Of a stretch of 54,194 nucleotides of DNA, positions 19,899 to 26,843 are shown piece after piece (positions within the stretch are counted from its first letter, which is position 1; each line of letters starts with the position of its first letter). Origin of the DNA: a virus. A program made the translations under genes and the position numbers. The notes beneath the pieces are model-generated. The model worked only from the letters and a program-made list of their open reading frames with translations, was not told the DNA's origin and made no database searches. The DNA is taken from IMG/VR virus record IMGVR_UViG_3300045988_080883. One strand, given 5' to 3'.

Positions 19899-20904
19899 CA
19901 GTCTGACCGCCGAGCGGATGATGGATTCCTTCCCGCTTGCGCTCCAGAAAGACCCGAAAATGGTTGCTCTGGCGCACTCCATTGCCAACGTGCTGGAGCA
20001 GCGGTTGGACGAAATCAACCTCGGCCAAATCTACACCCGCATCGACCAGCTGCCGGAAGACCTGCTGGACATTTTGGCAAAGGACTTCGCCGTAGACTGG
20101 TACGACCACGACTACGACCTCGCTGCAAAGCGGCGCACCATCAAGTCCGCGCCCTACATCCATCGTCACCGGGGAACCGCCGGGGCTGTGCTGCGGGGCA
20201 TCCGGGCTATCTATCCCGGCTCCCGGCTGGAGGAATGGTGGCAGTATGGCGGCGAGCCGTACCACTTCCGGGTCATGCTGGACATGAGCGGCTCCGATGC
20301 GTCCTACGTCAGCACCGAACGTGTGCTGTGGGCCATCGGCTACTACAAGAGCCTGCGGTCGCACAACGATGGTGTGTACTACCAGAGCACGTTCGGCATC
20401 GAGATCGTGACCAGCAGCGGCTATATCGTGTATGCGGTGCGCCGCTGCGGCACTTTCCCCAAAACGGCCACACAGGGCGGCATCTCCGCTGGGAATGTCA
20501 TCATCGTTACGGACGAGTTCGGCGGCAGCTACGCTCACCCCCGCACCGGGCAGCTTGACGCTGGCACGTTCCCGGCCATAGCCACACAGGGGCACACTGC
20601 CGCCTCGGAAATCGAGGTTTTGACGGTAGACAATGGTGGAGCCTATGCACCGGAGAAACTGGCTGGAACCTACCCGGAGACGGCCACGCAGGGCTTCGAT
20701 GATGCGGGGTATGTTGTTGTGCAGACCGCAGACGGCAGCAGCACATACGCGGCCCCGGCATCCGGCGACCTGACAGCCGGTCTGCATCCGGCAACCGCCA
20801 CATCCGGCGGTACATCAGGCGGAGGGCTTGTTGCCGAGGAATCCGGCCTCGGCGTTTCCTACATCGCAAAGGTGTGCGGCAGCGCACCGGGAATAAATTT
20901 TTAA
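19891..20904 (+). CDS. tail protein I-like (P2 gpI) with repeat-bearing C-terminal extension
   Basis: The N-terminal 130 aa (LPEDLLDILAKDFAVDWYD...KRRTIK...HRHRGTAGAV) match Tail_P2_I. The C-terminus carries four G-T-[FY]-P-x-x-A-T-[QS]-G motifs. Confidence 0.8.
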   Translation: MNNSLTAERMMDSFPLALQKDPKMVALAHSIANVLEQRLDEINLGQIYTRIDQLPEDLLDILAKDFAVDWYDHDYDLAAKRRTIKSAPYIHRHRGTAGAVLRGIRAIYPGSRLEEWWQYGGEPYHFRVMLDMSGSDASYVSTERVLWAIGYYKSLRSHNDGVYYQSTFGIEIVTSSGYIVYAVRRCGTFPKTATQGGISAGNVIIVTDEFGGSYAHPRTGQLDAGTFPAIATQGHTAASEIEVLTVDNGGAYAPEKLAGTYPETATQGFDDAGYVVVQTADGSSTYAAPASGDLTAGLHPATATSGGTSGGGLVAEESGLGVSYIAKVCGSAPGINF

Positions 20905-20916
20905 GGAGGTAGCAGC

Positions 20917-21228
20917 ATGATTGATTCGGCTGGCTTCGCAGACCTGCGAGGCTATCTCAAACGGCGCATTGCCTGTGCGCGTTTCCGTGTCGGCTCGACC
21001 TACTACACCGTTCCGCTTTCCGGCATCGACATTCTGGCTGATGGTACTGTCCGCGCCAGAGTGTCCATCACCGGGCTGGGCGAGATTACGGTGAACCGTG
21101 TGGAACTGCTCAACTCGGACAATCAGGTCTGGGCGCACGAGGACGTAAACATCAAAATCTCGACAGGTCAGACTGGTATCCTGTACTGGTTTGACTTCAC
21201 GTTCACCGAGAAAAAGAAGGAGGAGTGA
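20917..21228 (+). CDS. hypothetical tail-fibre module protein
   Basis: AAGGAGG RBS, 103 aa. No family was recognised. Confidence 0.35.
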   Translation: MIDSAGFADLRGYLKRRIACARFRVGSTYYTVPLSGIDILADGTVRARVSITGLGEITVNRVELLNSDNQVWAHEDVNIKISTGQTGILYWFDFTFTEKKKEE

Positions 21229-21746
21229 CCGTGTATCAGAAAACTGATTGGCGTGACCATGTTACGGACAAGCCCGGTCTGTACATCATCACCGACAATA
21301 AAGACGGAACGTGTACCATTACCCCTGCTGGCAAGGTGATGCAGCAGGGCACCCCGCAGGATCAGGAGCACTTCAACAACATCGAAAACGGCGTATGGGA
21401 TATTTACGTCGCTCTCGGCATGATGTTCAATACCGTTCGGCAGCAGGGCTGGCAGCTGAACGAAACTGTGGCCACTATCGATAACTCGTGGCAGATCGTG
21501 TCCGGCAGCGTTGACCTGACCAACGCCCGCACCTATCCCTGTAACAACTCCAAAAAGAGCGTGTCGCTGGGCAAGAACATGGGTAGCACCAGCTATCTGG
21601 TTATGACCGAACTGGTCAAATCCGATGGCCCTGTCGGGGATATTGAAGTCAGCGAGAAGCTGGTCAACGGCTTCAAACTGGCCTACAACGGCTCCGCAAA
21701 GTCTGCCACCATCAAATACATCGCAATCGGAGGTACTCTGAAATGA
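21225..21746 (+). CDS. putative tail fibre protein
   Basis: 173 aa. GTPQDQEHFNNIENGVWD resembles conserved N-terminal motifs of Firmicutes phage fibre proteins. GTG start at 21225 or 21231. Confidence 0.45.
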   Translation: MTVYQKTDWRDHVTDKPGLYIITDNKDGTCTITPAGKVMQQGTPQDQEHFNNIENGVWDIYVALGMMFNTVRQQGWQLNETVATIDNSWQIVSGSVDLTNARTYPCNNSKKSVSLGKNMGSTSYLVMTELVKSDGPVGDIEVSEKLVNGFKLAYNGSAKSATIKYIAIGGTLK

Positions 21747-22105
21747 CCGTTATCGAGAAAAATTCCGGCACCAAGATTCCCTACGAGGTCGTCAAGAACA
21801 AAATCTGCTTCGATGATGACCTGACCATCAACCTCGCCAAGCGCGAGGACGACCGTGACGTTCACATTGATGTGTGCTACGACAACTATGGCGAACTGGT
21901 CATCGGCGCAGCTGCCGGCCGCAGCTATGTGGCGGAAATCGATATCCCTGCCCGCCGGTACACCCAGCCGGAGCCCATTGAGGAAGTGACCGCAGACGGC
22001 GAGGAGAACGCCGAGGGCGGAGCCCGCATGGGCAACAGCACCCCGGCGGAGCCGATTCCGTTCTCTATGGACAATGTGACCCTGACCCTGTGGGCCATCG
22101 ACTGA
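21743..22105 (+). CDS. hypothetical tail-fibre module protein
   Basis: ATGA overlap with the preceding gene, 120 aa. Confidence 0.35.
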   Translation: MTVIEKNSGTKIPYEVVKNKICFDDDLTINLAKREDDRDVHIDVCYDNYGELVIGAAAGRSYVAEIDIPARRYTQPEPIEEVTADGEENAEGGARMGNSTPAEPIPFSMDNVTLTLWAID

Positions 22106-22120
22106 TAGGAGGTAACTACT

Positions 22121-23200
22121 ATGGCTGCAAATTTTGACCTGACCAATCTGGCCGTCACTGGCCTTGCACCCGGCAATGAGCTGATTTATGACAACGCCGG
22201 TATGCCGTCCATCATGGTGAAGATCCCGAAGATGACCTACAAGCAGCTGGGCATGGGCGAAAGCACCGCTGTACACCCTGCCTTTATCGTCAACGGCACT
22301 GAGGTGGACGCTATCTACATCTCCAAGTATCTGAACATCGTGCAGGATGGTCGTGCCTATTCCATCGGCGGTGTTGACCCCGCTGCCGGCATGAACTTTG
22401 ACCAGGCACGGCAGTATTGTGAGGCGAAGGGCGAGGGCTGGCATTGCATGACCCGCATCGAATGGGGACTGATTCTGCGCTGGTGCATTGCCAACGGCTT
22501 TCTGCCCAAGGGCAACACCAGTTGGGGCAAGCATCCCAGTGAGAACGTCTACAAGGCGATTCCGACCTACAAGGATGGCGACAAAGGTACTGGCCGTACT
22601 GCAACTGGCACCGGCCCTCTGACTTGGTATCACGACCAGACTCCGTCTGGCATTGCTGACCTCACCGGCAACATCTGGGAGTGGTCTGGCGGTGTGCGCA
22701 TGGTATACGGCGAACTTCAGGTTCTGGCCAATAACAACGGCGCGGATTCCGCACACAGCCAGTCTGCAACTTCTGCGGAGTGGAAAGCCATCAACGCTGC
22801 GGACGGCACTCTGATTACCCCCAACGGCAGCGGCACCACTTCCGGTTCTGTCAAGGCTGACCATATCAGTGGTAAGCTGGTCTGGTCCACCAACATTACC
22901 GTCAAGAAGGATGAATCTGACTACGAAACTGAGGCACAGATCGAGTGCGACAGCACCATCAAGGACGGTGCGAAGCTTTGGCTGTACAATCTCGGCTTCT
23001 TGGAGTATCCCGGTGATACGCTGGAAGACGGCAACGGCTGCTGGTTCAACAATGGTGCTGCCGAACGGTGCTTCTTCTCCGCTGGCCTCTGGAACTACTC
23101 CTCTTTCGGCCTCGCCTCGTTCGACGGCAACGGCCCGCGTTCCGGCACGTGGGCGGACTTGGGCTTCCGCTCCGCTTTTGTAAAACTGCCCACTGCCTGA
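22121..23200 (+). CDS. DGR variable (target) protein, FGE/C-type-lectin-fold receptor-binding tail fibre protein
   Basis: TAGGAGG RBS, 359 aa. The FGE-sulfatase-type core carries a GNIWEWSGG motif. The C-terminus RCFFSAGLWNYSSFGLASFDGNGPRSGTWADLGFRSAF is encoded by VR. Confidence 0.9.
   Translation: MAANFDLTNLAVTGLAPGNELIYDNAGMPSIMVKIPKMTYKQLGMGESTAVHPAFIVNGTEVDAIYISKYLNIVQDGRAYSIGGVDPAAGMNFDQARQYCEAKGEGWHCMTRIEWGLILRWCIANGFLPKGNTSWGKHPSENVYKAIPTYKDGDKGTGRTATGTGPLTWYHDQTPSGIADLTGNIWEWSGGVRMVYGELQVLANNNGADSAHSQSATSAEWKAINAADGTLITPNGSGTTSGSVKADHISGKLVWSTNITVKKDESDYETEAQIECDSTIKDGAKLWLYNLGFLEYPGDTLEDGNGCWFNNGAAERCFFSAGLWNYSSFGLASFDGNGPRSGTWADLGFRSAFVKLPTA
23068..23178 (+). repeat. DGR variable region (VR)
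   Basis: 97/111 identical to TR. 12 of the 14 differences lie at TR adenines. VR ends 22 nt before the stop codon. Confidence 0.9.
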
Positions 23201-23213
23201 CTGTAACCTGTTT

Positions 23214-23231
23214 GCTGTGCGATAGCACAGC
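23214..23231 (+). other. hairpin (7-bp stem, GATA loop) downstream of VR
   Basis: GCTGTGC GATA GCACAGC, starting 36 nt after the end of VR/TR homology. Confidence 0.4.
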
Positions 23232-23240
23232 ACGTTCCCT

Positions 23241-23280
23241 CGACCCCGCTTCGCGGGGTCGTTTATAAAATTGATTTTTT
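23241..23280 (+). terminator. GC-rich hairpin plus T-rich tail after the target gene
   Basis: CGACCCCGC/GCGGGGTCG 9-bp stem with a 3-nt loop, followed by TTTATAAAATTGATTTTTT. Confidence 0.7.
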
Positions 23281-23281
23281 G

Positions 23282-23326
23282 CTTTTCGGTGGATTTCTCC
23301 GAAAACCGGAAGAATCCACCGAAAGG
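23282..23326 (+). other. long hairpin upstream of avd
   Basis: 14-bp outer stem (23282-23295 pairs with 23313-23326, one G-U pair) plus a 4-bp inner stem. Confidence 0.4.
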
Positions 23327-23346
23327 CAGATTTTCAATGCAAATCT

Positions 23347-23355
23347 TGTTATACT
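23347..23355 (+). promoter_or_regulatory. candidate extended -10 promoter element (TGtTATACT) for avd-TR-RT
   Basis: TG at 23347-23348 and TATACT at 23350-23355. No good -35 box. Confidence 0.3.
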
Positions 23356-23383
23356 ATCCCGCGTTCGGAGGAGGGTCTACCGC

Positions 23384-23749
23384 ATGGCAGAAGAATTGAA
23401 ACTTATGCAGAAAGTATACGACATGATGGAGTATGCTTATCCGGCTTTGGCCCAGTATCCGAAATCGGAAAAATTTGCGCTTTGCACGGATATAAAGCAC
23501 TGCATGGATATCATGTTGGAGCGTACCATCGAGGCGCAGAAAAAGTATTACAAGAAGACTACCTTGCAGGAACTGGACGTTGAGATTATGAAGCTCCGCG
23601 CATATCTCCGGCTATCCCATGAGTTAGGATTCCTGCCTATGAAGAAATACGAAGTCTGGTCTGGCATGGTGGTCGAAATCGGAAAGATGTTGGGCGGCTG
23701 GCTGAAAACCGTCAACGGTCAGCCGAAAAACATAGGGAATCGGCCGTAG
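23384..23749 (+). CDS. avd: DGR accessory variability determinant (Avd), four-helix-bundle family
   Basis: Start ATG 23384 after GGAGGAGG. 121 aa, helical and basic (KFALCTDIKHCMDIMLERTIEAQKKYYK). Its stop lies 2 nt before TR. Confidence 0.8.
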   Translation: MAEELKLMQKVYDMMEYAYPALAQYPKSEKFALCTDIKHCMDIMLERTIEAQKKYYKKTTLQELDVEIMKLRAYLRLSHELGFLPMKKYEVWSGMVVEIGKMLGGWLKTVNGQPKNIGNRP

Positions 23750-23750
23750 C

Positions 23751-23861
23751 GTGCTTCTACTCCGGCGGCAACTGGAACAACTCCTCTTACGGCCTCGCCT
23801 CGTTCAACGGCAACAACCCGCGTTCCAACACGAGGGCGAACTTGGGCTTCCGCTCCGCTTT
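23751..23861 (+). repeat. DGR template repeat (TR)
   Basis: Non-coding copy of VR with 20 adenines. In the VR frame these fall in 8 AAC, 2 TAC, 1 ACG and 1 AGG codons. Confidence 0.9.
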
Positions 23862-24030
23862 GCCTCATCGTCAGATACTGCAAGCTCATGGGCTTGCTCT
23901 CAGTACAGAGGGATAAAGGGGTCGATTCCCTTGGTTGCAATATGCAGCCTGAAAACACCAGTATTCTGGCCAGTGTTCCGGCGTGTTGGGCGCACGGCAC
24001 TCGTCAGGGTGCGACCTCAGGAGGGATTTG
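23862..24030 (+). ncRNA. DGR RNA spacer region between TR and RT
   Basis: About 170 nt, non-coding. Contains hairpins and a 12-nt segment (23920-23931) complementary to 23734-23745 just upstream of TR. Confidence 0.4.
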
Positions 24031-25128
24031 TTGGAAAAATACAGACACGTTTTTGAACGTTTTGCAACGTTCGACAATATGTATGACGGTTATCTGAAAG
24101 CCCGCAAACACAAGCGGCAACAGGATTGCGTACTCCAGTACACAAATCTCCTTGAGGATAATTTGATAGATTCGGTGAATCGGCTCCAGTGGCATGAATA
24201 CCACACCGGGCGGCTTCACCAGTTTTATGAATACTATCCGAAGCTGCGACTTATCAGCAGCTTGCCGTTCTACGACAGAGTTATCAACTGTGCAGCGCAC
24301 AATGTCCTGTGGCCGATCTACCGCAAGTCGATGTATGAGTACAGTTTTGGCAGCATCGAGGAGAAAGGTCCTATCCGCGCATCAAGGACTGTTCAGCAGT
24401 GGATGCGAAGCTATGCCCGCAAGCCGGGTGACTGGTACATCGTCAAGATGGACATTGCCAAGTTCTTTTTCCGTATCCCGGTGGATGTTCAGCTAAGGGA
24501 GCTTTCCAAACCGCTGGATGACCCGGACATGGTGTGGTTTCTGGAACAGGCTATCCGCTGCGATGGTCGGCCGCTGGGATTGCCCGTGTACTGCACGGAT
24601 GTGACCACCGCCGAGCGGATCTCCGGCATCGGGATGCAAGTCGGCAGCCTCATTTCGCAGATGACCGCCAATGTGGTTATGACCCCAACGGACTACTACA
24701 TCAAGCGGGAGCTGCAGGTGCCGGAACACGCTCGGTTCATGGATGACATGATGTGCATTGTCGATGGCAAAAAGGCGGCATGGGAAGTCGTGGGGTATGT
24801 CGATGACTACCTGCGTACCAATGTTGGTTTGCAGCTGAACGACAAAACAGCGGTTATCCCGCTTGGCAAACCTGTTGAATTTGTCGGGCGAAAAATCACC
24901 CCTGATAAAATCGAGCTGCGGCGGCAGACCTCTCTCGGCATGAAGAAACATCTTCGATATGTCAGAGAGGCCTACGGTCGTGGCGAGGTTCCACTTGAGT
25001 ACGCCCTGAGCGTGATTCAGAGCTATCTGGGCTTGATGCAGGACTGCAACAACGATGCCCTGCGAAATCAGATTCTGGAGGACTACGTTCTGGTTCGCCA
25101 CTCAGATATGCTGGATGCAGCAGAATAA
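24031..25128 (+). CDS. DGR-type reverse transcriptase
   Basis: TTG 24031 (or 24028) follows AGGAGGG; the maximal ORF starts at GTG 23983. RT motifs include RFMDD (YxDD box) and QVGSLISQ, the [LIV]GxxxSQ signature of DGR RTs. Confidence 0.9.
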   Translation: MEKYRHVFERFATFDNMYDGYLKARKHKRQQDCVLQYTNLLEDNLIDSVNRLQWHEYHTGRLHQFYEYYPKLRLISSLPFYDRVINCAAHNVLWPIYRKSMYEYSFGSIEEKGPIRASRTVQQWMRSYARKPGDWYIVKMDIAKFFFRIPVDVQLRELSKPLDDPDMVWFLEQAIRCDGRPLGLPVYCTDVTTAERISGIGMQVGSLISQMTANVVMTPTDYYIKRELQVPEHARFMDDMMCIVDGKKAAWEVVGYVDDYLRTNVGLQLNDKTAVIPLGKPVEFVGRKITPDKIELRRQTSLGMKKHLRYVREAYGRGEVPLEYALSVIQSYLGLMQDCNNDALRNQILEDYVLVRHSDMLDAAE

Positions 25129-25136
25129 AATCAAAA

Positions 25137-25172
25137 GGCAGCTTCACCCGCCGGGGTGTGGCTGCCTTTTTT
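25137..25172 (+). terminator. intrinsic terminator ending the DGR cassette
   Basis: The 30-nt hairpin 25137-25166 forms 12 pairs (one a G-U pair) with one internal mismatch and a GCCG loop, followed by TTTTTT. Confidence 0.8.
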
Positions 25173-25187
25173 GTGCAGGAGGACACA

Positions 25188-25610
25188 ATGAGTATCCAAG
25201 AAATACTGACGGCGGGGGGCGGGACGCTGATAGTCCTCCTTACGCTGGTCCAGATCGCCCCCATCAAACTGAATCCGTGGTCGGCCATTGTCAAATGGAT
25301 CGGGCACGCTCTTAACGCCGAGGTGTTGGAGAAGCAGCAGGAAACTCAAAAGAAGCTGGATGAACACATCCGGGTCGATGATGAGCGGAATGCGAACCTT
25401 CTTCGCACCCAGATTCTGCGCTTCAATGACGAACTGATTGACGATAAGCACCACACGAGGGAGCATTTTATCGAGACTTTGGCCATCATTGATGCCTATG
25501 AGGACTACTGCCGCAGCCACCCCAACTACAAAAACAACCGCTGCATCTGTGCGGTAGCGAATATCAAGCGGGTGTACAACGAGCGGCTTCAAAAGCACGA
25601 CTTCTCTTAA
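25188..25610 (+). CDS. membrane-anchored lysis-module protein (possible holin/antiholin)
   Basis: Start ATG 25188 after AGGAGG. One N-terminal TM (GGGTLIVLLTLVQIAPI) followed by a helical domain. It lies directly upstream of the endolysin. Confidence 0.35.
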   Translation: MSIQEILTAGGGTLIVLLTLVQIAPIKLNPWSAIVKWIGHALNAEVLEKQQETQKKLDEHIRVDDERNANLLRTQILRFNDELIDDKHHTREHFIETLAIIDAYEDYCRSHPNYKNNRCICAVANIKRVYNERLQKHDFS

Positions 25611-25624
25611 AGGAGGTTTTCTAC

Positions 25625-26281
25625 ATGAGAGTCATCGTCTATCAGGCCAGCGACACATCTGCACTGAGCAAGAACTTCACCCGCAAGGACTTCAAGTGCC
25701 CCTGCGGGTGTACTCGCCAGATGGTCGATTCGGAACTGGTCGAAAAACTTCAGGCCATCCGGGACAAGCTGGGCAAGGCCATCAAGGTGACCAGCGGATA
25801 CCGCTGCATTACGCACAATGCCAGCAAAACCGTTGGCGGAAGCCCAAATTCCAAGCACCGCTATGGTATGGCGGCAGACTGGCGCATGGTGGACCGCAGC
25901 ATCAATCCTGTGGCCTTGGGCATCATCGCCGCCCAGTATTTCAAGGCGGTGGGCATCTACTGGTATGACGGCTGCGCCATCGTACACACCGATACCCGCG
26001 ATGCAAAGGCAACGTGGCTGTGCGATGCCCCGCGGCACTACCCCAGCACCACCTACCAGAAGTTCATTCTGCCGACCATCCGCAGGGGCTGCACCGGGGA
26101 TGCAAACCGTGCAGCCACGAAGATGCTCCAGCGGCTGCTGGGGCTGACCCCGGACGGCATTTTCGGCGAGGGCACCGAGAACGCTCTGCTGAAAGCGCAG
26201 GAGGCGCACGGACTGGCCGTGGACGGCATCTGCGGTCCTGCCAGCTGGAAGGCCATCTCCGGGGCTTCCAAGTACCTGTGA
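25625..26281 (+). CDS. endolysin: peptidase M15-type domain plus PG_binding_1 domain
   Basis: SGYRCITHNASKTVGGSPNSKHRYGMAAD and VHTD zinc-peptidase motifs. The C-terminus LQRLLGLTPDGIFGEGTENALLKAQEAHGLAVDGICG is a peptidoglycan-binding repeat. Confidence 0.85.
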   Translation: MRVIVYQASDTSALSKNFTRKDFKCPCGCTRQMVDSELVEKLQAIRDKLGKAIKVTSGYRCITHNASKTVGGSPNSKHRYGMAADWRMVDRSINPVALGIIAAQYFKAVGIYWYDGCAIVHTDTRDAKATWLCDAPRHYPSTTYQKFILPTIRRGCTGDANRAATKMLQRLLGLTPDGIFGEGTENALLKAQEAHGLAVDGICGPASWKAISGASKYL

Positions 26282-26359
26282 AACATCCGATATAACCAAC
26301 ACGACAAAACGGCGCAGGGGTGGTTCCCCGCGCCGCTGATACTTATAGGAGGAAATACC

Positions 26360-26677
26360 ATGGAAGCTATGCTGAACTTCGTCCCTGCTCCCGTCGCCAT
26401 CGTCCTGATGCTGGCGGGCTTTATCGCTTTGGCAGTCGGTGGCATCCGGCTGGGCTACAAGGCCACCGTCAAGGATCTGGCGCTGGAGCTGGTCGAAAAA
26501 GCCGAACGGTCCATCATGGGCAGCGGGCAGGGTGCCAAAAAGAAGAAGCAGGTGTTCGCGGCTCTCCGCGCCAAGTGCCCGGCGGCTATCCGCTGGGCTA
26601 TCACCGACGAGGTGCTGGACGCAGTCATCGAACACGCCTTTGATGTTATGACCGCAGCACTGAGCAAAAAGTCTTGA
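26360..26677 (+). CDS. holin, LL-H-like
   Basis: 105 aa with an N-terminal TM (PAPVAIVLMLAGFIALAVGGI) and a charged helical tail with GSGQGAKKKKQV, as in the Holin_LLH family. Confidence 0.6.
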   Translation: MEAMLNFVPAPVAIVLMLAGFIALAVGGIRLGYKATVKDLALELVEKAERSIMGSGQGAKKKKQVFAALRAKCPAAIRWAITDEVLDAVIEHAFDVMTAALSKKS

Positions 26678-26790
26678 CTGCTGCATGAGTGCCGTGTAAA
26701 ATAGAGGCACTTGAAAAGCTTCGGCTTTTGTAGAGAGCGGCCCGGCATGGTCCACTCTTGATTTTATATTTGGCTACCTCGGTAGCGCGC

Positions 26791-26837
26791 AAAAATCCCC
26801 CTGCATTGACCTTCAGGCCAGTGTAGGGGGATTTTTT
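26791..26837. terminator. bidirectional intrinsic terminator between the lysis genes and the leftward accessory operon
   Basis: AAAAATCCCCCT pairs with AGGGGGATTTTT, with further internal pairing. There is an A-tract on one side and a T-tract on the other. Confidence 0.75.
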
Positions 26838-26843
26838 GTTTGT

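Larger units (their letters stand above)
22121..25128 (+). mobile_element. diversity-generating retroelement cassette (target/VR, avd, TR, RT)
   Basis: A 111-nt VR/TR pair with adenine-specific mismatches, an Avd-like gene and a DGR-type reverse transcriptase sit in the BPP-1-like order. Confidence 0.9.

Noticed and set aside
21683-23233. 516-aa minus-strand ORF covering the fibre genes and VR
   Set aside because: It is antisense to the DGR target gene, whose frame is validated by the FGE motifs and the in-frame AAC pattern of TR. No RBS.
23279-23383. 35-codon extension of avd, and similar ORF-track extensions of terL (992), capsid (6604), protease (4978), RT (23983) and many early genes
   Set aside because: Internal starts with strong GGAGG-type RBS, or ATGA/GTGA overlaps with the upstream stop, fit better. 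The extensions overlap upstream genes or structured non-coding DNA.
23751-24056. 101-aa ORF starting at TR, and the similar 66-aa ORF at 23068-23268 starting at VR
   Set aside because: Their similarity (MLLLRRQLEQLLL... versus MLLLRWPLELLLF...) is only the VR/TR repeat read out of frame. It is useful as a flag for the repeat, not as genes.
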